From NCBI RefSeq assembly GCF_002087085.1, contig NZ_MWQY01000003.1:124001-188000 (forward strand): a stretch of 64,000 bases of DNA. The letters run 5' to 3'. Shown piece by piece: positions 35,655-45,237 of this stretch (position 1 is the stretch's first letter; each line of letters opens with the position of its first letter). The notes under the pieces were generated by a model. It worked only from the letters and a program-made list of their open reading frames with translations. It ran no database searches and was not told where the DNA came from. Position numbers and translations under genes: made by a program.

Positions 35655-37115
35655 GTGTGGTGTATCATGAAAATCACAGAAATATATGATCCTCTTATTT
35701 CTAATATCTCCAAAAAAACCATCCTTATTATAACGCTTGCAGTTCTTTTGCTTAATGCGGCCACGGCGGATCAACGGGACGAGAATATTGACGTCTTTCT
35801 TGTGCTTGATAAATCCCTGTCCATGGTGGAGGAGATAGATTCGGTTAAAGAATATGTTGTTGACGAACTCATCGAGAAAACCCTGATTCCCGGGGATTTT
35901 TTCCTCGTTATCCAGTTCTACGGAACAGCGGAACTCCTGCTGGCAGAAGAGGTAGGCCGGGATAATCGGGAATCCCTTACAGAGGAAATGCGGAGCATAC
36001 TGGCGGACGGTCGGTTTACCGATATCGGCAACGCCCTGGATACCCTTCAGAACACGCTTAAGCGATACGATGAACGGGACCGGCGGCGATATATGCTGCT
36101 GATCACCGACGGTATACAGGAAGCTCCACCGGAGAGTCAGTATTACTCTCCGGACGGAAGCTTCAATCACCAGTTTCTGGAAAACAGCAAGATAATACAG
36201 AAACAGGGATGGAAGATACATATTCTGGGAATCGGTTCGGGAAGCGCAGCCAGGGAACTTGCCGAAACCCTGAGTGGAACCTACACGGAGGTCGAAACCG
36301 GTACCGCCGAAGGGGAAGCGCCATCGGAAACCGAGGTTAAACACCTGACAGAGCAGCTGACGGAAAGTACCGAAGATCTGCTGTCGATAGTAAGCATAAG
36401 CGGCAGGCCGCGAATCGGAGCCTTCAGCGAAGAGGGAAAAAGCAGCCTCGTACTATCCCTGAAAAGCAGCGGCTACAAAAATGAGCAGACAATCCGAATC
36501 AGTACCCTGTACCTGGGCATAGACGGAAGAGAATATTCCGGGGCCAGGAATGTCCGCCTGACGGTGCAGCCGGAGAGTGAAGAGGAGTATGAAATCCCCC
36601 TTTCCGTGGATGCCGCTGCAGGACTTTCATCCACGGAAGTGGAAATACGAGCCGATTTCGCCGGCGGAACTGTCTTTACCCCGGCAATTTTCACGGCTGA
36701 TGTTGCGGCACCGGGATTCATGACCCGTTACTGGCCCTACCTTACTGCCGCCCTTCTTGTCCTGATTCTTATTGCCCTGCTGGTCCTGTTGATCAGCAAG
36801 GGAGTTTTTTCAGGCGGCCGCAAACTGGAACTCGAAATAGACTGGGATGATTCGGATAAGAAGAAATTCATCAGCCTGCCGGCAAAGGAACAGCTCTTTA
36901 TCTCCGAGGGAATCAGCGGCATCGATGTGGGACTCCACAAAACGGGAGAAGTACTGGCAACCCTTCACAGCGAGGGGGATGAGCTGATCATAAGCACCGA
37001 TAAGGATGACCTTTTTCTCGGCGGGGCTCTGAGGGGCAATGTCCTGGGAAAGCCGATGAAGATAAAGGACCGCTACGGTAAATACAAGGGTCTGACCTTT
37101 GTAAGAAGAAAGTAG
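35655..37115 (+). CDS. Membrane-anchored von Willebrand A domain protein (start may be ATG 35667)
   Basis: Signal peptide, MIDAS LVLDKSLSM, FTDIG.AL, LITDG, C-terminal TM and cytoplasmic tail. Confidence 0.88.
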   Translation: MWCIMKITEIYDPLISNISKKTILIITLAVLLLNAATADQRDENIDVFLVLDKSLSMVEEIDSVKEYVVDELIEKTLIPGDFFLVIQFYGTAELLLAEEVGRDNRESLTEEMRSILADGRFTDIGNALDTLQNTLKRYDERDRRRYMLLITDGIQEAPPESQYYSPDGSFNHQFLENSKIIQKQGWKIHILGIGSGSAARELAETLSGTYTEVETGTAEGEAPSETEVKHLTEQLTESTEDLLSIVSISGRPRIGAFSEEGKSSLVLSLKSSGYKNEQTIRISTLYLGIDGREYSGARNVRLTVQPESEEEYEIPLSVDAAAGLSSTEVEIRADFAGGTVFTPAIFTADVAAPGFMTRYWPYLTAALLVLILIALLVLLISKGVFSGGRKLELEIDWDDSDKKKFISLPAKEQLFISEGISGIDVGLHKTGEVLATLHSEGDELIISTDKDDLFLGGALRGNVLGKPMKIKDRYGKYKGLTFVRRK

Positions 37116-37130
37116 GTACAAACGGGCACT

Positions 37131-38114
37131 ATGGCTTTTTCGCAGTTCAAGCGGCTCATCGATACCTACACGAATTTTTTCCTTACCTGCCACGAGACTC
37201 CCGATGGAGATGCAATCGGCGCTGAAGTTGCCCTGTATCATGCCCTCCTTTCCCTGGGAAAGAAGGTCAGGATCATCAATGCAGATCCGGCACCGGATAA
37301 ATACCGCTACCTCTGTAAACCGGATACGGTGGAACTCATCCATTCAATGAAAGCCGCGCCGGATCCGGGGGGTGTCCTCATCATTCTGGATACCAACGAT
37401 ATTCATAATATCGGAGATGTTGCAGAAAAACTGCTTCCCCATGTCGTCGAGTACTTCATTATAGATCACCATGAAAGCGGAGAAGACATCAGCAGCGGTC
37501 GCGTAATTGAAGCCTCTGCCTCGTCCACCTGCGAAATACTCTTCAAGATTTTTTCGGAACTCGGGATCATCGTATCCAGAGAGATGGCAATAGCCCTGTA
37601 CACGGGTATAATCTATGACACGGGTTGTTTTGTGTACCCCAAGACCACAGCCTTTACCTTCAGTGCAGCGGAAAAGCTGGTACAAGCCGGGGCCGGCCCT
37701 TACAATCTGTACACCGCCATATACGAGAGTAATTCCGTATCCTCCCTTAAACTGCATGCCAGAGTCCTCTCCAGTCTGGAGCTTTATTACAATGAGCAGG
37801 TAGCTGTTCTGACCATGCGGAAGGAGTGCATAGACGAAGCCGGAGCCCTCTACGAAGAAGCCGACACCCTGATCAATATCCCCCTGCACTCTGAAAGAAT
37901 CCGGGTAAGCCTCTTTTTCAAAGAGAACACGGAGGGGCTGCTCCGCTGCTCTCTGCGGTCGAAAGGGAATATCAATGTCTCGGATATCGCCCAGAAATAC
38001 GGCGGAGGAGGCCATCGTACCGCCGCCGGCTTCAAATCTCCATTTCCCCTGGATCAGATTCAGAAAATGGTGCTCCAGGATCTTGCCGGGTATTTTCCGG
38101 GGACAATTGTCTGA
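37131..38114 (+). CDS. DHH/DHHA1 phosphoesterase (NrnA-like)
   Basis: H..PDGDA.G, IDHH, YTGI..DTG.F, SLRS, GGGGH..AAG. Confidence 0.95.
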   Translation: MAFSQFKRLIDTYTNFFLTCHETPDGDAIGAEVALYHALLSLGKKVRIINADPAPDKYRYLCKPDTVELIHSMKAAPDPGGVLIILDTNDIHNIGDVAEKLLPHVVEYFIIDHHESGEDISSGRVIEASASSTCEILFKIFSELGIIVSREMAIALYTGIIYDTGCFVYPKTTAFTFSAAEKLVQAGAGPYNLYTAIYESNSVSSLKLHARVLSSLELYYNEQVAVLTMRKECIDEAGALYEEADTLINIPLHSERIRVSLFFKENTEGLLRCSLRSKGNINVSDIAQKYGGGGHRTAAGFKSPFPLDQIQKMVLQDLAGYFPGTIV

Positions 38115-38144
38115 GCCCCGGTTTTACGGTACAATCCTGCCTGT

Positions 38145-39716
38145 ATGAAGAAACGACTCGCCCTCTTCGGCCTCTGTATTTTTATATGTATTGCTGCAAT
38201 TTCCTGCCGCCGGGATCCCGTGCCCGCGGAGGTATCCGCCGAGCCTGTAATTGTGACCCCCTCGGGGGGAGGTTCTGCCGGAGAAAATCTGTCCATGGAG
38301 TTCGAAGGGTCTCTCCAGGAAGACGAAGTTCAGCCGAAGATCGACCTGCCTTCGAACAGCGAGATCATCCAGATTGTCAATGAAAACCTCGATATAGACC
38401 AGATAGAGGAGCAGATAATTGCTTACCGGGAAAAGGATCTGTCCGGTGCCCCGATCCGGCTGCTTGTAGCTGACTACGATGCGATTCAGGACAGCTATTT
38501 TCCCGCCTGGGAATCCGGAGTCGATATTTCAAATGCCATGAGTTTTTCCATGAGCTTCATCGATCTTGTGGGGGACCATGTTCCCGAGATAGTCTGCACC
38601 GGTACGAATCCGGAAAACGGGAACCAGCTGCTCAGGGTTTTCAGAAAGGAGATAAGTCCCAGCGGTTTCGGGCTTCATTTCTCCTCCATATCCTCCCTTT
38701 CGGTTCGCGGTTCCATCGAGATAGTCCAGATCGAACGTGAACAGGCCTATTACAACGGGCAGAAAAACGGAAAGAGTTTTCCCATAGTAAGCTATGAGCA
38801 GGATCAAAACTCGGACAATCTGAGCGATTTGATTAAGACGAGCTACTACTGGCGCTACCAGGAGAACTCCTACGCCCAGGTAATGAGGGAACAGGTTCAG
38901 GGTGAAAGGATCGAGGACGAACGGCTGAACCGCCTGTTCCGTTCCAACGAAAACGATTTCGAGGCATTTCTTCAGGGCCCCTGGCTGAAAACAAGCCAGG
39001 ACGCTTCCGGCAGAGTCAGTCATTCGGTTCTGTACTTTCAGCCGGAGAGCAGGTTTTTTGCAAACTATTCAGGGGATGTTCAGGAAGAGTATATCTGGCA
39101 GGCCTCCAACCGGACCAACTACAATCAGCTCTATATAATCGGGGCCAATGACCTGATCCGCTATATCCGCAAACAACTGTCGATCACCGTAAGGGACATC
39201 CATAACATTCATATCTGGACCAGCGATATCAATGACACCTGGAGCGGAGAGTATCAGAGGATCAGCGGCGATGTGCAGTCCATATTCTTCCCCGAGAGCA
39301 GGACAAGTCAGGAACTTCCCTTTCACCTTTCCGGGGTATTTACCAACGAGTCAGGGGTCTCCGTAGTATTCGATGAACCCCGTTTTCAGTACCGGGATGA
39401 CGGGGGTGAACGAAACGGAGGCTATGCGCTGTATTACTCCGGGGCGGGCTATAACCGCAACCTGATTCTGGAACTGGTTTTTCTGAGCGATGCCGGTCTT
39501 ATTGAGGAGAGACGGGTATATAAGCTTGATTACCTGGAAGAACAGCGGGAACAGGAGATAATCCGAACCCTGTATCTTATTCCAGGCAGGGTCGGGGTTC
39601 GGGGTTTTGTCCCCGATGACGAGGGCTTTATCCAGTATGAACAGATCGAGACCATCGATACCGCCCAGGATGAGGCGGAGGGAGAGTCTGACACCAACGC
39701 CGTCAATGAAGAATAA
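38145..39716 (+). CDS. Lipoprotein, probably a pallilysin-related adhesin family member
   Basis: Spirochaetal lipobox (AISC); ENLD.D..EEQI and DLVGDH motifs; position after the vWA gene recalls the treponemal locus. Confidence 0.6.
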   Translation: MKKRLALFGLCIFICIAAISCRRDPVPAEVSAEPVIVTPSGGGSAGENLSMEFEGSLQEDEVQPKIDLPSNSEIIQIVNENLDIDQIEEQIIAYREKDLSGAPIRLLVADYDAIQDSYFPAWESGVDISNAMSFSMSFIDLVGDHVPEIVCTGTNPENGNQLLRVFRKEISPSGFGLHFSSISSLSVRGSIEIVQIEREQAYYNGQKNGKSFPIVSYEQDQNSDNLSDLIKTSYYWRYQENSYAQVMREQVQGERIEDERLNRLFRSNENDFEAFLQGPWLKTSQDASGRVSHSVLYFQPESRFFANYSGDVQEEYIWQASNRTNYNQLYIIGANDLIRYIRKQLSITVRDIHNIHIWTSDINDTWSGEYQRISGDVQSIFFPESRTSQELPFHLSGVFTNESGVSVVFDEPRFQYRDDGGERNGGYALYYSGAGYNRNLILELVFLSDAGLIEERRVYKLDYLEEQREQEIIRTLYLIPGRVGVRGFVPDDEGFIQYEQIETIDTAQDEAEGESDTNAVNEE

Positions 39717-40494
39717 ATCCCTCAATCCCCTTTTCTTTCAGTCTGATCAATTCGCGCTGGGCTGACGACTGGGGGATTCCGGAAATAACCGTCTTGTACA
39801 CGGTTGCTCCATCCTGTCGTTTCCTCTCAAGTATTTCTGCCCTGATTCCTTTTCCCGCAAGGTATTCGATGTGGGCTGCGGCATTCTCTTCCCGGGAAAA
39901 AGCCCCTACCTGAATACTGATATTTTCAGAATCCTGTGTCTCCCCTGAAGGTACGCCTTCGTTCTGTTCGACAGATGCCGGTGCCTCATACGCTCCATCC
40001 CTGGGAGAGAGGAGAAAGGCTGCAGAAAATATCATTCCCCTCCGGGCGGCATAATATTCAGGACTGCCGGGATTATTTCCTGCCAGTTCTTCCAGGCTGT
40101 CTATATTCAGACCGGGAATCAGCGATCCCTTACTGTCTGTGGAGAGCGGAATTTTACCGTGATTGATGGCAAGCCGTATTCCGAGTTCAGATTGCAGGTT
40201 ACCGGATTCCGCCAGCAGAGTTTCGGCCTCGTCGGTTCTTCCGCTTAAAAGCAGAAGTTCAAGCCGAACGGTATCGGCGGTCTTTTTAAGAGGCTCATAC
40301 TGCACAGCTTCTTCTAGAAAAATCAGTCTGCCGTCCAGGCTCGATATTTCTGCAAGACGTTTCCTGAGTGCTGCTTCCTGCTCCTCTTCATCGCTGATTT
40401 CTGCAATGGCATCAAGAGCAGAAAGGTCCTCCTCCGCCTGCAGAACAGCGCCGGAAAGAATAATGCATGTGCATACCAGGCAGAAATATCGCAT
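39703..40494 (-). CDS. SPOR domain protein
   Basis: Signal peptide; C-terminal IQVGAFSREENA...Y.....A......LK.KGI.GF. Confidence 0.85.
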   Translation of the reverse strand: MRYFCLVCTCIILSGAVLQAEEDLSALDAIAEISDEEEQEAALRKRLAEISSLDGRLIFLEEAVQYEPLKKTADTVRLELLLLSGRTDEAETLLAESGNLQSELGIRLAINHGKIPLSTDSKGSLIPGLNIDSLEELAGNNPGSPEYYAARRGMIFSAAFLLSPRDGAYEAPASVEQNEGVPSGETQDSENISIQVGAFSREENAAAHIEYLAGKGIRAEILERKRQDGATVYKTVISGIPQSSAQRELIRLKEKGIEGFILH

Positions 40495-40512
40495 GGACCT
40501 GCGCCTGAAGGC

Positions 40513-40857
40513 CTATCCTTTTGTCGTCTCTGACCCGGCAGCGGATTCCTCTGTCGCCGGTAAAGCTGCGGCGGGGTCCCTGTTTTTCTTTCCATCCGCT
40601 TTGGCAAGCTTCTCTTTTTTGGCTTTCTTTTCCTGATTCAGCTTGTTTTTAATTTTTCGTTTATGGCGAAAACCGAAGGTGAAAGGCAGCATTACAAGAA
40701 CTCCGGCAAGGAAGGCTACAAACAGGCTTATGAAAATCGGTACCTGGGGAAAAGTATGAAAACCAAAGGATACATCCGCCCGGTTTTCTATATTGAATCC
40801 TACAAAAAAGAGAACAATCCCCATTAAAATAACAACAAATATTAATCTCCAGGGCAT
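40513..40857 (-). CDS. LapA/DUF1049-like small membrane protein
   Basis: ATG 40857 after AAGGAGG; two TM helices around F.GFN....DVSFGF; basic tail. Confidence 0.7.
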   Translation of the reverse strand: MPWRLIFVVILMGIVLFFVGFNIENRADVSFGFHTFPQVPIFISLFVAFLAGVLVMLPFTFGFRHKRKIKNKLNQEKKAKKEKLAKADGKKNRDPAAALPATEESAAGSETTKG

Positions 40858-40885
40858 CTGTAACCTCCTTAAGGTTCTTTTGCTG

Positions 40886-42190
40886 TCAGAACTGCCGGGT
40901 GGCGCGGAAGGTAACCCCTGCCAGGGCATCCAGCCGTACTTCTATGAAATCTCCGATATTTATGCCGGCGGCGGGAAAAACCACCATCTCGTTCCGTTCG
41001 GTCCGCCCCAGCAGCTCATGGGGGTTCTTCTTCGAGACCCCTTCGACAAGAACTTTCACGGTCTTGCCGATACGCTTCTTTTTATTATCCTCGGTGATTT
41101 TACGCTGGAAGTCAATCAGCATGCTCAGGCGTTCATTCTTTTTCTGCTCCGGGACCTGATCTTCATATGACGCTGCTGCAGTACCCTCCCGGGAGTTATA
41201 CTTGTAGGTAAAGGCATCGTCAAAACGCACCCGGTCAAGGAGTTCCAGTGTGGCGGTAAAATCCTCATCCCCTTCCCCGGGAAAGCCGACCAGCAGGTCT
41301 GTGGAGAGGGAACAGCCCGGGACGGCTTTCCGCAGTTTTTCCACCAGGGACAGGTAGTATTCCCGGGTATATCCGCGGTTCATTCTGGAGAGAACAGGAT
41401 TCGACCCGTGCTGAACAGGCAGATGAATATGGCTGCACATCCTGTCGGATTGGGCAATCACATTTATGAGACGGTCACTCAGGTCCTTGGGATGACTGCT
41501 CATGAAGCGTATCCAGTGTATGGACTCCATTCCGTCTTCCAGCTTTTGCAGAAGCGCCGGAAAATCGGCCCCCTTGTCACCGCGATAGGAGTTGACGTTC
41601 TGCCCGATAAGGGTAATTTCCCTGACTCCCCGGGCATCGAGTCGACGAACCTCCTCGAGTATCTCGTCTTCCTTTCTGGAGATCTCACGACCCCGGACAT
41701 ACGGTACTATGCAGTACGTGCAGAAGTTGTTACAGCCATGCATGATGGGCACATAAGCGCTGAAACCACCGGGGGAAACCTCAGCGGAGAGGAACTCGTA
41801 TACCTCTTCGCCAAAAAAATCCTTTAAGCCTTTCCGGAGGTCCTCCGTGCGGCTGACGAAGTTCAGGAAGTCCCTCTTGCCGAAGGTTCCGACCAGCATA
41901 TCCACGGCGGGAAAGCTTTTGCGCAGTGAGCTGTTCATTCTTTCAGTCATGCAGCCCATCACAACAAGAGAAAGGGGTTTTGACTGCTTCAGGTGCTGAT
42001 AATAACCGATCCGTCCATGAATCCGCTGTTCCGCCGAATTCCTGACCGCGCAGGTATTCAGAATTACCAGGTCGGCCTCGGTTTCACTCTCCGCCTGCTG
42101 CCATCCCAGATTTGTCAGTTCCCGTTCCACGGAGAAGGATTCCGCCACGTTCATCTGACAGCCGTATGTTTCCAGAAAAAATTTACCCAT
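40886..42190 (-). CDS. miaB: tRNA-2-methylthio-N6-dimethylallyladenosine synthase
   Basis: TYGCQMN, NTCAVR, GCNNFCTYCIVPYVRGRE, C-terminal TRAM domain. Confidence 0.97.
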   Translation of the reverse strand: MGKFFLETYGCQMNVAESFSVERELTNLGWQQAESETEADLVILNTCAVRNSAEQRIHGRIGYYQHLKQSKPLSLVVMGCMTERMNSSLRKSFPAVDMLVGTFGKRDFLNFVSRTEDLRKGLKDFFGEEVYEFLSAEVSPGGFSAYVPIMHGCNNFCTYCIVPYVRGREISRKEDEILEEVRRLDARGVREITLIGQNVNSYRGDKGADFPALLQKLEDGMESIHWIRFMSSHPKDLSDRLINVIAQSDRMCSHIHLPVQHGSNPVLSRMNRGYTREYYLSLVEKLRKAVPGCSLSTDLLVGFPGEGDEDFTATLELLDRVRFDDAFTYKYNSREGTAAASYEDQVPEQKKNERLSMLIDFQRKITEDNKKKRIGKTVKVLVEGVSKKNPHELLGRTERNEMVVFPAAGINIGDFIEVRLDALAGVTFRATRQF

Positions 42191-42207
42191 ATGGTCTGAT
42201 TATGCCT

Positions 42208-43461
42208 TTAATGCCTGAAAGAACGCTGTCCCGTGTAGACCATGCTGGCACCATACTCATTGACAGCCTCAATTGTTTCAAAGTCCCGCAGGGATCCTCC
42301 GGGCTGGATAATAGCTGAAACGCCTTCCTTAAGTCCCACCTCGGCTCCGTCCCGGAAGGGGAAGAAGGCGTCGGAGACCATGACTGATCCTTTCAAGCCT
42401 CCCTTAAGCGCCCGCACCTCTTCGCGTATAGCCTCTCTGGCGGAAGTATCCTCCAGAAGAGCGAAAGGGGTTCTGTGGCGTTCCCAGCAGATACGGTCTT
42501 CCAGTTTTCGGTAAGCCTTGTCGCGGGCGATCTCCGCCACCCCTACCCGGTCCTGTTCTCCCGTGCCGATTCCAACGGAGACACCGTCTTTTACATAGAT
42601 GACGGAATTGCTGGTAATGCCCGATTCCAGATACCAGCCGAAGAGCATGTCCGCCTTTTCCGCCTCCGTTGGGCTCCGTTTAACCGCAAAGTGCTGCCCC
42701 TTGTATTCGCTTTCCGCGGGAAGAAGTTCATCCGGGCGAAGCTGCTTCGGCACAAAGGACCACTGCAGCACCACTCCACCATCCATCAGGGACTTGAAAT
42801 CCAGTACCCGGGCACCGATGTACTGCTGCAGCCTGAAGATGTTCCCGATCCGCATTACCCGTAAATTCTTTTTCTTTTCGAAGAGTTCCATGACACCCTC
42901 TTCGTAATCCGGCGCCGCCACCACTTCACCGTAGCTTTCACAGATTGCAGCGGCTGTCGCCAGGTCCATCGACCGGTTTACCACCACAGCGCCGCCGAAC
43001 GCGGCAATCCGGTCAGCCATAAGGGCCTTACGATAGGCTGACTCCAGGGTTCCGTCCACAGCGGCACCACAGGGATTATTGTGTTTTACGATTACCGCCG
43101 CGGGCGTATCCGTAAAGTAGCGCAGAATATTCAGGGCGTTATCCACATCGGTAATATTCGTCTTGCCCGGATGCTTTCCGCTCTGAAGCAGTTCAATCTC
43201 CGAGGCCAGGTAGCGTCCGGGTTGAATGGTGCTGAGCTCCCCGATGGTCAGGTTGCCGTTTACCAGCCGATACAAGGCCGCAGGCTGGTCCGGGTTTTCT
43301 CCATAGCGAAGGCCGCGGGTCTCATCCCCGATGGTCCACTGCACCTTTTCGTAGACCAGCTGCTGCTGTCCCCGGTCATCGTGCAGGGTGATGGTCAGCC
43401 CACCGGGAAAATCCTCATCGAGGATCCTGCTGTACTGCTTTCTGTTTGCCTGATTTGCCAT
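42208..43461 (-). CDS. purH: AICAR transformylase half of a split PurH
   Basis: LRYGENP.Q, KHNNPCG, SDAFFPFRDG, IQPGGS.RD; ATG 43461 with its own RBS. Confidence 0.9.
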   Translation of the reverse strand: MANQANRKQYSRILDEDFPGGLTITLHDDRGQQQLVYEKVQWTIGDETRGLRYGENPDQPAALYRLVNGNLTIGELSTIQPGRYLASEIELLQSGKHPGKTNITDVDNALNILRYFTDTPAAVIVKHNNPCGAAVDGTLESAYRKALMADRIAAFGGAVVVNRSMDLATAAAICESYGEVVAAPDYEEGVMELFEKKKNLRVMRIGNIFRLQQYIGARVLDFKSLMDGGVVLQWSFVPKQLRPDELLPAESEYKGQHFAVKRSPTEAEKADMLFGWYLESGITSNSVIYVKDGVSVGIGTGEQDRVGVAEIARDKAYRKLEDRICWERHRTPFALLEDTSAREAIREEVRALKGGLKGSVMVSDAFFPFRDGAEVGLKEGVSAIIQPGGSLRDFETIEAVNEYGASMVYTGQRSFRH

Positions 43462-43474
43462 GTAGCTGTCCTTC

Positions 43475-44164
43475 CTAGGGGCTTTCGCTGATTGAATAGA
43501 GATCGAGTCCCTGCTTCGGATTAATCTTTTCAAGATACGAAGCAATTGTCATATCGTAGTCGGCTGTATGCTGAAAGGCCTTCCGGGCCAGCCGGAAGCG
43601 CTGTTCCAGGTTGGTACAGCCCTGATTGGTCCGGACTTCGCTGAGAATCCCGCTGTAATCCAGGGGATCACAGACCACCGCCACCCGGAGAAAGTTTTTT
43701 GCCGATGCCCGGAGCATGCAGGGGCCGCCGATATCAATATTGGCCCGGGCGTTTTCGAGGGTCGCATCATCCCTGCCGATGGTCTCCCTGAAAGGGTAGA
43801 AGTTGACTATGGTCATATCGAACCTGATTCCCCCGGTGCGCTCCAGGTCCCGTGCGTGGTCCTCATTGAAGGACTCGCTCAAGAGTCCCAGATAGATCTT
43901 GAAATCCAGGGTCTTGACCAGTCCGCCCTGCATCTCCGGCTGACCGGTGTAGTCGGAAACCCGGTGCAGCCTGGATGCAGCCTGTTCTCCAAGGATCTGA
44001 GTGAGCAGGCTGAAGGTTCCCCCGGTGCTGAAAAAATTCACATTCGGGTTGATCTCCAGCAAGGACGGAATAAACTCATCCAGTCCGGATTTATCCGCGG
44101 TACTGACAAGTACATTCCGTACCGCCACCAGGTTTTCGGACCTGCTTACATAGTTCAGATTCAT
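43475..44164 (-). CDS. IMP cyclohydrolase (MGS-like) half of a split PurH
   Basis: LVS..DK.GL, STGGT, TG.PEM.GG.VKTL, NIDIGGP.MLRA.AKN, AF.HTA.YD. Confidence 0.9.
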   Translation of the reverse strand: MNLNYVSRSENLVAVRNVLVSTADKSGLDEFIPSLLEINPNVNFFSTGGTFSLLTQILGEQAASRLHRVSDYTGQPEMQGGLVKTLDFKIYLGLLSESFNEDHARDLERTGGIRFDMTIVNFYPFRETIGRDDATLENARANIDIGGPCMLRASAKNFLRVAVVCDPLDYSGILSEVRTNQGCTNLEQRFRLARKAFQHTADYDMTIASYLEKINPKQGLDLYSISESP

Positions 44165-45036
44165 ACGGACTTCTCCGCTGCCGCCACGGTGTTAAAGAGC
44201 AGCATGGTAATCGTCATGGGCCCGACACCGCCGGGAACCGGAGTAATAAGGGAAGCCTTTTCCGAGACCGAGGAAAAATCAACATCTCCCTCCAGACGGT
44301 AACCCCGCTTTTTGCTGTCGTCGGGAATTCTGTTTACTCCCACATCAATGACCACAGCCCCCTCTTTTACCATATCCCCGGTGACGGTTCGAGCCCGGCC
44401 TGCAGCTACAATCAGGATATCCGCCCTCAGGGTGTGGGCCTTCAGGTCTCTGGTGGCGGTGTGGCAGATGGTAACTGTGGAATTGCCGGGATTCGCCTTG
44501 CGAAACAGCAGGTTCGCCACCGGCTTGCCTACAATATTGCTTCGTCCCAGGACCACGACCTCGGCCCCTCCGGTCTCGACCCCGGACTCCTCCAGAAGTT
44601 TGAGAATCCCGTTGGGCGTACAGGGCAGATAGCAATCCTGTCCCAGAAGCATTTTTCCCGCATTAACGGGATGAAAACCGTCCACGTCCTTCTTCGGATC
44701 AATGGCCATGATGATCTTCTGCTCATCGATATGCCGCGGCAGGGGCAACTGTACCAGAATACCGTGCAGTTGCGGATCCTCATTCATGGATGCGATAAGG
44801 GCGAGGAGTTCCTCCTGTGTTATTTCTGCAGGCAGGCGTGTCTCCCTGGAGAACATTCCGAGTTCCGCGCATGCCCGCTCCTTGCCGGTCACATAGGATA
44901 TACTGGCGGGATCATCCCCCACGAGCACCACTCCCAGTCCCGGGGTTATACCCTTTTTTTTGAGTTTATCGATACGGGACTTCAGCTCTTCCCGGACCTT
45001 CGCAGCTATCTTTTTACCGTCGATCAAATTAGCCAT
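44161..45036 (-). CDS. folD: Methylenetetrahydrofolate dehydrogenase/cyclohydrolase
   Basis: IDGK.IA, VQLPLP, KDVDGFHP, PCTP.G, GRSNIVGKP, PVPGGVGPMT; ATG 45036 after AAGGAG. Confidence 0.97.
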   Translation of the reverse strand: MANLIDGKKIAAKVREELKSRIDKLKKKGITPGLGVVLVGDDPASISYVTGKERACAELGMFSRETRLPAEITQEELLALIASMNEDPQLHGILVQLPLPRHIDEQKIIMAIDPKKDVDGFHPVNAGKMLLGQDCYLPCTPNGILKLLEESGVETGGAEVVVLGRSNIVGKPVANLLFRKANPGNSTVTICHTATRDLKAHTLRADILIVAAGRARTVTGDMVKEGAVVIDVGVNRIPDDSKKRGYRLEGDVDFSSVSEKASLITPVPGGVGPMTITMLLFNTVAAAEKSV

Positions 45037-45157
45037 GTCAGGACTCCTTAGACAGATACCCTGTTTACCATAAAAGCTGCATATAATCAATCAAAGGGCA
45101 ACGAACTGCTTCCCGTACGATACGGGAATCGTTTATGCTGCTGTTTGGCCCCATCTG

Positions 45158-45186
45158 TTGATAAAAGCCCATCGGGGTGATACTAT
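45158..45186 (+). promoter_or_regulatory. sigma70 promoter of the outer-membrane protein gene
   Basis: TTGATA-17 nt-TACTAT with extended TG. Confidence 0.7.
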
Positions 45187-45237
45187 TTGTGAACTTTACG
45201 TGGTATCTTTCAAGTTTTTTGTACAGCGAGGTGACCC

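Noticed and set aside
45037..45237. ZTP or THF riboswitch upstream of folD-purH
   Set aside because: Expected by context, but I could not find the conserved ZTP elements (e.g. the CGCCTGGGC 3' segment), and the apparent leader is short.
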